Assembly: GCA_943787795.1 (NCBI GenBank)
Contig: CALSNU010000004.1
Coordinates: forward strand, 448,001-512,000
Length of the DNA: 64,000 nucleotides
Reading direction: 5' to 3'
From: an uncultured bacterium
GTDB taxonomy: Bacteria > Planctomycetota > UBA1135 > GCA-002686595
Shown here: positions 1 to 8,604 of the stretch, piece by piece
Position numbering within the stretch: the stretch's first letter is position 1
Layout: each line of letters starts with the position of its first letter
Made by a program: the position numbers and the translations under genes
Notes under the pieces: generated by a model
Databases searched by the model: none
What the model was told of the DNA's origin: nothing
Seen by the model: only the letters and a program-made list of their open reading frames with translations

Positions 1-1478
1 TCGCGGGGGAGCGAAGGGACCTGCGACTCGGCGAAGATCTGATCGAAGAGCACGAGCCGATCGTCGTAGGTGGAGAGCAGGTCGTCCTGCATGTTGGAGT
101 ACGGGAACCCACGAACGAGCAGCGTCGATGGCGCGTAGTTGAGCTGCATCACGTCGAGCGAGACCCGGCCGCGCGGCCGCGGATCCGAGGGGTCGCCATG
201 ACAGCCCGCGCACTCGGCTCCATAGATGACCTCGCCACGCTCGATAGCCTCCAGGTCCCCCTCCGGCGCTTCGGGCGCGCGCAGCTCCTGCGTGTACATC
301 GCCATCGTCTGCAGCGCGTACTCATCGAGGCGGCGCCCGAAGGGATACGCGGCCGTCCCCGTCACTGGACCGAGCGTCGCATCGATGTAAGGAAAGCCCC
401 CTGGCGGCGGGGTGACGCCCGTCTCCGCGAAGATGCTCGCCGTCTCGTTCGAGATCTGCGCCCCGATGCCGGGCGCGAACCCGTCGAGGAAGGCCTCTCC
501 GGGGGCGTCGAGCACGACCGAGGGATCGAGGGCGACGATCGCGCTGAAGTTGATCTCGTCGACCAGCCGGTTGAACTCGCCTGCGACGCCATACGGCGCA
601 GCCGGCCGCACCTCGTACACCCCTGGGATGGTCACGGGCGCACCGATGCCATCGTAGAGGAGGTCGACCTGGCCGATCGGGTACGCGTCAAGATCAAGGA
701 GCAGCGCGTCTACATCGGCCTCGGACGCCGTGAACGGCGCGAACGCGCCAGTGCGGCCGATCGGCGCCCCGCCGATTGCGGTGAGCGACAGCGGGAGCTG
801 CGGATACATCACACGCGAGTTCCGCCCGACGGACAGCAGCAGGCCGTAGTCGAGGTCGAGGTTGCCTGGGCCGTCGATTCGCGCGCCGATCGAACCTGTG
901 AGCGGGCCGCCTGAGCCTGGCCCGTCGAAGACGGTGCGATCGGCGAGCGAGTGGCACAGCGCACACGAGAAACCGAGCGTGTCCTCATCGTCACCGTCGA
1001 GGAACATATCGCCATCGGCGTCGTCGGCGACGAGGCCGATGAAGGCGTTGCGCGTGAGCAGCTCCTGAAAGAAGAGCGGATCGTTGAGCAGCGGCGCACT
1101 CGCCTGGGAGAGGTCCGTCCCGAGCTCCGCGACCAGATCGTCGGTCTCGGTTGGGTCGAGCGCCAGAGCGTCAATCTGGAGGCCCGCGCCGAGCGCGTCC
1201 TTCGTGGTGAAGTCGACCTCCGCGAGGCCCTGCGGGAGCTGCGCGGCCATGGTCCAGAACCCCTCGTTGCCGAACGTCGCGTCGCGGAAGAACCCGCGTC
1301 CGTCCTCGATGTAGTCCAGCCCACCGCCGTCGCCGCCGCTGTAGGTGCTGCCCTCGCCGTCGCTGCTGCAGGACGAGACGCAGAGTCCGAGCGCTATCGC
1401 GGCGGCCCATGAGCAGGCCTGCCGCGGCAAGAGCAGCGGGATCACACGGGGGCGGGCGGGCGTGTGGTGTGCAGACAT
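1..1478 (-). CDS. Di-heme c-type cytochrome lipoprotein (3'-partial, runs off the left edge; absent from the ORF track)
   Basis: Manual translation from ATG 1478 (GGAGAGG upstream) gives MSAHHTPARPRVIPLLLPRQACSWAAAIALGLCVSSC..., with a lipobox-like Cys. The frame stays open to base 1. Two CxxCH motifs: CALCH (~951-965) and CAGCH (~198-212). Confidence 0.8.
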   Translation of the reverse strand, partial: MSAHHTPARPRVIPLLLPRQACSWAAAIALGLCVSSCSSDGEGSTYSGGDGGGLDYIEDGRGFFRDATFGNEGFWTMAAQLPQGLAEVDFTTKDALGAGLQIDALALDPTETDDLVAELGTDLSQASAPLLNDPLFFQELLTRNAFIGLVADDADGDMFLDGDDEDTLGFSCALCHSLADRTVFDGPGSGGPLTGSIGARIDGPGNLDLDYGLLLSVGRNSRVMYPQLPLSLTAIGGAPIGRTGAFAPFTASEADVDALLLDLDAYPIGQVDLLYDGIGAPVTIPGVYEVRPAAPYGVAGEFNRLVDEINFSAIVALDPSVVLDAPGEAFLDGFAPGIGAQISNETASIFAETGVTPPPGGFPYIDATLGPVTGTAAYPFGRRLDEYALQTMAMYTQELRAPEAPEGDLEAIERGEVIYGAECAGCHGDPSDPRPRGRVSLDVMQLNYAPSTLLVRGFPYSNMQDDLLSTYDDRLVLFDQIFAESQVPSLPR

Positions 1479-1607
1479 GGAGCGATTCACCTCTCCGAAA
1501 GGGGACCATGCTCCGGCGCCCCTCGCATCGAATCTGCGCACTCGAGACCAAAATCGCTCGCAAGGGACGCCCACGGAGCGTCGCGCCGCCTCGGTTCGAG
1601 GCACCCC

Positions 1608-1687
1608 GGAGGCCCGGAGGCCAAGATGGCGGGAGGCCCGGAGGCCAAGGAGGCGGGAGGCGAAGAGGGCTGGAGGGCAGGAGGCGT
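1608..1687 (+). repeat. Degenerate 8-bp tandem repeat (about 10 units, GGAGGCcc-like; 24-bp higher-order unit) in a divergent intergenic region
   Basis: ggaggccc/ggaggcca/agatggcg/ggaggccc/ggaggcca/aggaggcg/ggaggcga/agagggct/ggagggca/ggaggcgt. Confidence 0.75.
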
Positions 1688-1814
1688 CGACCTCAGCGCG
1701 GACCTCAACACGCTCGCGACCGAGTGTCCCAGGGCGGAGAGAAAGCCGCGCACACGCCGCCCTGCGGCGCGCCCCCTGACGGCTTGGGCCGCTACGATCC
1801 TTGGGCCCTTCCCC

Positions 1815-3644
1815 ATGACCATGACGCCCTCCCTCCTTCGACTCGCCGCCGTTGCCGTCACCCTCTTCCCGCTGCTCACCCAGGAGGCCATCGCCCAGGC
1901 CTTCGGACCGGCCCAGATCGTGACCTCAGCCGTCGACTTCCCGGACGGCATCCACGCCGCTGATCTCGATGGCGACGGGGACGAGGATGTGATCTCCGCG
2001 AGCCACGATGACGACAAGGTCGCCTGGTACGAGAACCTCGGGAACGGGACGTTCGGACCCCAGCGGATCCTCTCCGACACCTCGGAATACGCCCGTGAGG
2101 TGTTCGCCGCGGACCTGGACGGGGACGGCGACCTGGACGTCCTCTCAGCCAGCTACCTGGACGACGAGGTGGCCTGGTACCCCAACCTTGGGGCTGGGGC
2201 GTTCGGTCCGATGCAGCTCATCTCCCTCCAGGTCGACGGCCCGGGCGGCCTCCACGCGGCCGACCTCGACGGCGACGGGGACGCCGACGTCCTGGTGGCC
2301 AGCGAGGGCGACGACGAGGTCGTCTGGTTCGAGACCCTGGGCGGCGGCGCCTTCGGGCCGAAGCGGGTCCTCACCACCGAAGCGCGCTTCGCCACGTCCG
2401 TGTACGCGGCCGACCTCGACGGGGACGGCGACCTCGACCCGCTCTCGGCGAGCCCCGTCGACAGCAAGATCGCCTGGTATGAGAACCTCGGCGCCGGCGC
2501 GTTCGCCGCCCAGGAGGTCATCTCCACCGCTGCCGTGACCCCCCGCGCCGTGTACGCCGCCGACCTGGACGGCGACGGCGAAGTCGACGTGCTCTCCGCC
2601 AGCGCCTCCGACGATCGGATCGCCTGGTACCAGAACCTGGGGGGAGGTGCCTTCGGCCCGATCCAGACGATCACCACTGACGCCAACTTTGCCCAGTCCG
2701 TCTTCTCCGCCGACCTGGACGGGGACGGGGACCAGGACGTCCTCTCGGCGAGCCCCTTCGACGACAAGGTCGCCTGGTACGAGAACCTGGGGCTGGGCGC
2801 CTTCGGGCCCCAGCAGATCATCACCGACGCCGCCGATGGCGCGTCGAGAGTGCTGACCGCTGACCTCGACGGGGACGGAGACCCGGACGTGCTTGCGTCG
2901 AGCGTCAACGACGACCAGATCATCTGGTTCGAGAACTTCCTGATGCCGCCGGACTGCAACGGGAACGGCATCCCTGACTTCGAAGACCTGCTCGCCGGCA
3001 CGAGCGACGACTGCAACGGCAACACGATCCCCGACGAGTGCGAGCTGCTGTCAGGAGCGGCGGCTGATTGCAACGGCAACGGCGTCCTCGACAGCTGCGA
3101 GATCGCCGCAGGCGCCGCCGACTGCGACGGAGACGGACGGCTAGACAGCTGTGACATTGCCACAGACCCCACCCTGGACCTGGACGTCAACGGGACGCTC
3201 GATCGCTGCGAGGCGGTCGGGACCACCTACTGCAACCCTGCGGTCCCGAACTCCACGAACCGCTCGGGGGTGATGACGCTCCTGGGCAGCGCCATCGCCT
3301 CGCAGAACGACCTGGAGCTCACCGCCCGCGAGCTCCCGCCCTCGACGTTCGGCTACTTCATCGTGTCGACGACCCCGGCGGCGATCGCCCCCATCCCGAA
3401 CAGCGTCGGGACCCTCTGCGTCACGGGGAGCGTCGGTCGCGGCGTGGGCGGCGGCGTCCTCAGCTCGGGCGCCAATGGCGTGTTTCGAGGCGTCGTGGAT
3501 CTCACCGCTATCCCCCAGCCCACCGGCCACGTCCCGGTCCAGCCCGGTGAGACCTGGCACTTCCAGGCCTGGCATCGGGACAGCCTCCTGGGCGGGCTGA
3601 CGACGTCCAACTTCACCGACGCCGTCTCGGTCACGCTCCAGTGA
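1815..3644 (+). CDS. Secreted FG-GAP/VCBS beta-propeller protein with Cys/Asp-rich Ca-binding repeats and a conserved C-terminal domain
   Basis: Signal peptide MTMTPSLLRLAAVAVTL...AIAQ. Seven ADLDGDGDxD repeats exactly 150 bp apart (1962, 2112 ... 2862), then five DCNGNG.xD.CE-type repeats and a C-terminal ...FQAWHRD...TSNFTDAVSVTLQ. Confidence 0.9.
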   Translation: MTMTPSLLRLAAVAVTLFPLLTQEAIAQAFGPAQIVTSAVDFPDGIHAADLDGDGDEDVISASHDDDKVAWYENLGNGTFGPQRILSDTSEYAREVFAADLDGDGDLDVLSASYLDDEVAWYPNLGAGAFGPMQLISLQVDGPGGLHAADLDGDGDADVLVASEGDDEVVWFETLGGGAFGPKRVLTTEARFATSVYAADLDGDGDLDPLSASPVDSKIAWYENLGAGAFAAQEVISTAAVTPRAVYAADLDGDGEVDVLSASASDDRIAWYQNLGGGAFGPIQTITTDANFAQSVFSADLDGDGDQDVLSASPFDDKVAWYENLGLGAFGPQQIITDAADGASRVLTADLDGDGDPDVLASSVNDDQIIWFENFLMPPDCNGNGIPDFEDLLAGTSDDCNGNTIPDECELLSGAAADCNGNGVLDSCEIAAGAADCDGDGRLDSCDIATDPTLDLDVNGTLDRCEAVGTTYCNPAVPNSTNRSGVMTLLGSAIASQNDLELTARELPPSTFGYFIVSTTPAAIAPIPNSVGTLCVTGSVGRGVGGGVLSSGANGVFRGVVDLTAIPQPTGHVPVQPGETWHFQAWHRDSLLGGLTTSNFTDAVSVTLQ

Positions 3645-3701
3645 CGGCGCCACAGGCGCCTTGCCGGCCCTCAAGATCGACGGCGTCGCCGTGACGGACG
3701 G

Positions 3702-5624
3702 CTAGCGCCTGTAGATCTCAACCGTGGGTCCAAAGGACTGCGCCTGGAACAGGTCGAAGAACGTCAGCTTGTAGCCCGGCTGCGGGCGTTCACGGTGGAG
3801 GCCGTTGTGGATCGTCTTCACGCGACGCCACTCCGCGTCTCGATTGAGCGCGTCGAGCCACGCGTCACGGATCACGCCGAACGGGACCGGACGCACGTTG
3901 TATTTCTCGGAGACGGGGAGGACGGCGACCCGGGCGCTCGTTCGCTCCAGCATCTCGGACGCGACCGTCGCCCGCTCGGGCAGCGTCACCATCTGGTAGA
4001 TCTCCTTCGTCGTCGTCTGGTGCAGGTTGAACCCGAGACGCTCCGCCGGTTCGTCGTCCCGCTCCGTGAACTCGCCCGTCCGGCCGGGAAAGCCGCGTGC
4101 CTTGGGGTGCAGCAGCAGCCACTGGTACGTGTCCCATGGGCCGCGGGACCATGAAGAGCCGGCGTCGAGCACCTCGGGCCGTCCGAAGATCGGGAGGGCG
4201 TAGCTCGCGGTGGCGTGCACAGACGTCTCTCGGCCGACGTTCTCCTCCATCCAACGGGCAGCCTGGGTCAGCGTGTCGGGGCGGAGGCGGAGGCGAGTCG
4301 CCTGAAGCGACGCCACTAGCGCCACCGCGAGGCAGCCGCCGCCCGCGACCATCAGCACAGGCCCCACCCTCGGGAGCCCCGCCAGCCAACGGAACCCAGC
4401 CACCGCGCACAGGCAGGTCGCTGGCTGTAGCACGAGGTAGAACCGGGCATAGCTCAGGTCGTACGCGCCAAACAGCAGGAACGTCGGCGCCGCGAAGCCC
4501 GCGACGATCCAGAACGCCGGCGGCGCTCGCGAGGGACCGATCAGCACGAGGGCAAGGACCCCAAAGAGGGCCAGCCACAGGAGGAGCGGGTCGTACTGGC
4601 CGAGCGCCCTCCAGGCGACGCCAAATCCGTCCCCGGTGAACCTCTCCAGCGGGATCTCATGCCCGGAGATCTTGAGGTCGGCCTTGCCGCGCTTGTCGCG
4701 GACGGAAGCACGCCACTCCTTCAGGCGTTCATCGACGCGCGCGTCACCGACGGTGCCTTCGCGCTGCGCCTTGGCCTTGGCCACGGGCTGCTCCTGTCTG
4801 CCGTGCCCCTCATCAGCACGGACGTAGAACCAGGCGGCGCTCATGGCGACCAGCCCCGCGACGAGGCTGAGGTGCCAGGCCGTTCGCCCAAGCCGCCGAA
4901 GGGTCGTCGTATCGCTCTGCCGCCGGATCACGACGATGGCCGCGACACCGACAGCACCGAGCACGGAGAAGCCGGTGTGAAGCGTCCCAACCGAGGCCGC
5001 GCACGCGAGGCCCATCAAGGCCGCGCGGGAAACCGTCGGTCGTTCCGACCAGCGGATCGCGAGCCAGATGCCAAGCATCACGAACCCGGAGACCGGACCG
5101 TGAGGTCGCGCCTGTGCCGAATAGCAGAGGTGAAGGAGGGAGATGGCGACCATGAGCCCGCTGAGGGCGGCCCACCGCAGCCCTATGAAGCGCAGCGCGA
5201 TGAGGAACGTCATGGGGACCGCGAGCGCCGACAGCAGCGCAGCGATGACGCGCGTGCGTACATGCAGCCAGCGCACGGCTTCCAGGTGGGCCTCGAGAGG
5301 CGCACCGGCACCAGGGCGCTCCACGGCCGGGAGCGGCAGCGCGGCCACGATCGTCGCCACGAGGTGCGGGTACTTCCAGCCTGCGCGGTGGCGATCGGTG
5401 AGCCCCGAGCGGACCATCTCATCCGCCTGATTGACGATGTACGTATCGGGCTCGGGAGCATGGGGCAGACCGTGGTCCGCGCCGAGGACCCGGACCAGGC
5501 TCGCGAAGACGAACAACCCGAGCGCCCAGATCACGACCGCGGGGCGGCCAGGCTGCCCACCGCGGCGGTCTCCGCCGGCTCGCGGCGCGTCGACGGGCGG
5601 GTCCAGTTCAGCCACGCTTCCCAT
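3702..5624 (-). CDS. ArnT/PMT-like (GT39/GT83, GT-C fold) integral membrane glycosyltransferase
   Basis: Many TM segments; N-terminal 'DHGLPHAPEPDT', 'YPHL', 'RVIAALLS', 'YSAQARPH', typical of PMT_2-family proteins. Confidence 0.7.
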   Translation of the reverse strand: MGSVAELDPPVDAPRAGGDRRGGQPGRPAVVIWALGLFVFASLVRVLGADHGLPHAPEPDTYIVNQADEMVRSGLTDRHRAGWKYPHLVATIVAALPLPAVERPGAGAPLEAHLEAVRWLHVRTRVIAALLSALAVPMTFLIALRFIGLRWAALSGLMVAISLLHLCYSAQARPHGPVSGFVMLGIWLAIRWSERPTVSRAALMGLACAASVGTLHTGFSVLGAVGVAAIVVIRRQSDTTTLRRLGRTAWHLSLVAGLVAMSAAWFYVRADEGHGRQEQPVAKAKAQREGTVGDARVDERLKEWRASVRDKRGKADLKISGHEIPLERFTGDGFGVAWRALGQYDPLLLWLALFGVLALVLIGPSRAPPAFWIVAGFAAPTFLLFGAYDLSYARFYLVLQPATCLCAVAGFRWLAGLPRVGPVLMVAGGGCLAVALVASLQATRLRLRPDTLTQAARWMEENVGRETSVHATASYALPIFGRPEVLDAGSSWSRGPWDTYQWLLLHPKARGFPGRTGEFTERDDEPAERLGFNLHQTTTKEIYQMVTLPERATVASEMLERTSARVAVLPVSEKYNVRPVPFGVIRDAWLDALNRDAEWRRVKTIHNGLHRERPQPGYKLTFFDLFQAQSFGPTVEIYRR

Positions 5625-6064
5625 CCGAGTGCCGGCCCCCCTTTCGCGGAAGTCCCGCGCGGCTGGAGGACGTCACTGGCTCCGGCTTGGCCGAGTTGAA
5701 CGCCGAGTCCATCGTCTCGTCACTGGCCATCACAGCCGTGTCATTGTCGGGGGCGAGTTCCAAGGTCGGGGCACCGTCAGCTCCGCGCTTGAGCTTACCG
5801 AGGAAACCCGGCAGCTCGGCCCCACGGGTCCATTCCATCGACGGGGCCTGGGGGGAGGTGACCCGTGGAGGGATTGCGAGGACCCGCTGCCTCCGGACCG
5901 ACCCTTGCAAGCTCCGGCGCTCCCGCCGTTGGGGAGACAGGCCACCGGACTGGGCGTGCAGCCCCAGCGCCAAGATGAGCACGGCCCCCGCAGATACCGG
6001 TCGAGGCGCAAACGAGGCCGCCAACGCCCCCTCCCCCACAGGACGAGGTCAGGCTTGACCGGGG

Positions 6065-7642
6065 TCAGTCGTCATCGATGTAGCCCAGGGCCTTCAGGCT
6101 CTGCAGCTCCTGGGCCGAGATCCCCTGCAGGCCAGCGCCCTTCTCGGTCGACCTGGCCGCGACCGCGCGCAGCTCGAGCCACCGCCTCCTGGCGACCTCG
6201 GTCAGCCGCGCGGTGAGGTCCGGATGATCCGCTGCGACGTCGCTGCGCTCTCCGGGGTCAACCTCGACGTCGTAGAGCTCAAGCGTTCCCAGATCCTGGT
6301 TCCAGATGGCCTTCCAGGGTCCAGAGCGCAGCGCGAGGTTGCGGTCGCCGCGCGCCTTGAGGGCGACGTGTAGCCGCTTGCTCGTGTTCACTCGCGTGGA
6401 GACGACGCGCGTCAGGACCTGCTCGGCGTTGCCGTCCGTGAGGTCGTCGAACCAGTCTCGGCCCTGGAGCTCGTCCATACCCTGAAGGGACGGTCCTGAG
6501 ATCCCGAGGTACCCGATGACGGTCGGCGCGATGTCGACGATGGAGGACGCCTCCTTGATACGAGTGCCTCCAAACTGACCGCCAGGGAACCGCATGAGCA
6601 TGGGCACGTGAACCATCTCCTGGTAGAGAGAGTGGTCGTGCTGCCAAGCACCGTGCTCGCCGAACTCGTCACCGTGGTCAGCGACGACAATAAGCAGCGT
6701 TTGGTCCCACCGGCCGCGCTCCCTGATCGCGTTGACGATCGAACGCAGGCGCCGGTCGGCCTCGGTAACGCTGAGCTCGTACAACGAGTAGATGTCCGCT
6801 TGCCGATCGATGAGGCGATCCAGGAACTTCTGCTGCTCCTCGGCGAAGTCCACCGGGGGACCCGACCAGTTGTCCTGGTAGCTCTGGCGCGCGATCGCGC
6901 GGAAGAACTTCATCTGCCGGTCATACCACCGGCAGAGTTCGACCGACTCGCTCGAGGCGTTGGGGCCAGACAGGGCGGGAAGCCGCTGCGGGTCGTGGGG
7001 CTCCGTCGTGTGGACGTAGAGGAACATCGGGAGCCCCGGCTCCAGCCCGCTGATCCAGTCACGAATGTGCTCCGGGTCAGGCTGGTTGGGGCAGTGGACG
7101 CTCGACTCGTACCCGCGGTCGAGCCCGGCCAAGGGCCCCGCAAAGGGGTTCTTGTAGCGCGCCCCGGTCTGGAAGCCATTGGCAGCCAGCCCGGCAGCGA
7201 GCGTCGGGGTCGAGCTCCGAAGTCGATCATCGTGGTCGACGATGCCGTGTGCGGCCACGTGCAAACCCGTGACCAGCGACGCAACGGAAGGCAACGTCCA
7301 GGGCCCAGCCGAGTACGCGTTCTCGAAGACGACCGCGTCCTCGCTCAGCTCACGCAGGAAGGGCGTCGGGTCTCGCTCATCCTCGCGATCCACGAGGCTG
7401 GTGAAGTCCGCGCGCAGGGTATCGACGAGCAGAATCACCACGTCCATGCTCCGACGGGCCTCCGCGGTCGGCGCCGGAGTGGCCCCGGGAACCGGAGCGG
7501 ATCGACCGTCAGCACCGCAGCCGGCGAGGACGGGGAGGACGGCGAGAGCCTGGGCCGCGAACCGGCCCGCGGGTAATCCGCCCCAACGGGGCCTTGGGGT
7601 GGGAAGGGGCGGGGTCGATCGGCGCTTCGGTACGTAAGTCAC
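6065..7642 (-). CDS. Sulfatase-fold (alkaline phosphatase superfamily) lipoprotein
   Basis: Lipobox VLAGC; motifs DTLRAD, SAGPWTLPSVASLVTG, EPHDP, ADHGDEFGEHG, HVPML, ELYD...DPGE; C-terminal LKALGYI. Confidence 0.85.
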   Translation of the reverse strand: MTYVPKRRSTPPLPTPRPRWGGLPAGRFAAQALAVLPVLAGCGADGRSAPVPGATPAPTAEARRSMDVVILLVDTLRADFTSLVDREDERDPTPFLRELSEDAVVFENAYSAGPWTLPSVASLVTGLHVAAHGIVDHDDRLRSSTPTLAAGLAANGFQTGARYKNPFAGPLAGLDRGYESSVHCPNQPDPEHIRDWISGLEPGLPMFLYVHTTEPHDPQRLPALSGPNASSESVELCRWYDRQMKFFRAIARQSYQDNWSGPPVDFAEEQQKFLDRLIDRQADIYSLYELSVTEADRRLRSIVNAIRERGRWDQTLLIVVADHGDEFGEHGAWQHDHSLYQEMVHVPMLMRFPGGQFGGTRIKEASSIVDIAPTVIGYLGISGPSLQGMDELQGRDWFDDLTDGNAEQVLTRVVSTRVNTSKRLHVALKARGDRNLALRSGPWKAIWNQDLGTLELYDVEVDPGERSDVAADHPDLTARLTEVARRRWLELRAVAARSTEKGAGLQGISAQELQSLKALGYIDDD

Positions 7643-7648
7643 CGCAAC

Positions 7649-7657
7649 AGCCTAGCA
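7649..7657 (-). promoter_or_regulatory. Putative extended -10 element (TGcTAGGCT) for a leaderless sulfatase-fold transcript
   Basis: TGnTAnnnT with the -12 T exactly 12 nt before the GTG start at 7642; no Shine-Dalgarno sequence. Confidence 0.45.
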
Positions 7658-7988
7658 AGCCACCTGGCGTGTCTGCCGGCGGAGGCCAAGCTGTGGCGCC
7701 TCGGCCGGTGTCATTCGCGTGACCTCGCTCGCAATGAGGCCGTATCACCGCTGGCCTCACCGCATCTATGCGCTTGGCGCGCGCGTGTTCCAAGCGGCGA
7801 GGTCCACTCGGACCGAAGATGCACGGGGGAGCAGATGGCGCCAAGCTGGCCCGGGGAGTGTGCCTGGGTCGGGCGAGACCCTCGCTCCTCCCGAGCGGCC
7901 CCTCGCCGCTGGCAGCGCGCAGTGGGAGCGACATCCGGGCTCCCCCACCCTCCGGATCTCCGGCCATCTAGCTCCCTAGGAGCCCCTT

Positions 7989-8300
7989 GTGCCCCTGCCC
8001 CTCGTGACGGCCAACGCCGTCCAGCTCCGCTCCCGTGGCGTCGACCTCGGCATCGCCGATCAGGTCGCCTATTACGCAGCGGCTCTCCTCGTCTGTTGCA
8101 TGTGCTGCCGATGAAAGCTCTCCAGGTCCCGACCCGCGTCCGACCAACTGATGCTCTGCCTCCTCGCCACCTCCCTCGACAGCGCCCTGGGTGGGCTCAT
8201 TGTCGCCATCGTCGCACGAGCGCTCTTGAAGAACCTCTGTGTGCTGACCATCCGGCTAGTCGACTGCAAACTACTGCTCGGCGCTGTCGTCACTCCGACA
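7989..8300 (+). pseudogene. Internal remnant of a fused MFS/spermidine-synthase-like membrane protein gene
   Basis: Frame reads QVAYYAAALLVCCMCCR*KLSRSRPASDQLMLCLLATSLDSALGGLIVAIVARALL. This resembles the family motif CCMxCHGELxRxRP...LTxFYL..S.GGALGG.FVA.VAP. In-frame TGA at 8112; both termini missing. Confidence 0.6.
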
Positions 8301-8604
8301 GGTCGCGTATGGGCAGCCCCTGCCCAGACCTGGGTATCCCCGCCGCGCCGCAGCAGGGACCGCCTGGGTCATCGGAATCCCCGTGACTCCGACCACGACC
8401 GTGCTCCTCTTCCGGGAGGATATCTGGCTGGACGACCCCAGCTCCAATGAGCTCGGGGCCTTCGAGACCCGGCGACTTCAAGTCCACCATCTTCAAGGGC
8501 ACCATCTCGCGTCCCCACCTCGACTCCCGCTCACACGAACGGATCGCCGGCCTGGCGGCGGTCAGCTGGACCTCGCCGGCTGCCCGAGCGAGCGACCGGC
8601 GGTC

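Noticed and set aside
198..1412. Plus-strand ORFs 198..914 and 951..1412
   Set aside because: Antisense shadows of the minus-strand cytochrome gene; Arg-rich, with no motifs.
5608..6039. 143-aa minus-strand ORF between the GT and sulfatase genes
   Set aside because: Part of it looks protein-like (LPGFLGKLKRGADGAPTLELAPDND) and may be another remnant, but I cannot assign a family or a credible start.
8095..8120. In-frame TGA after a Cys-rich stretch (CCMCCR*) as possible selenocysteine
   Set aside because: The position corresponds to Gly in the family motif CHGEL, and the surrounding sequence is decayed; a pseudogene is simpler.
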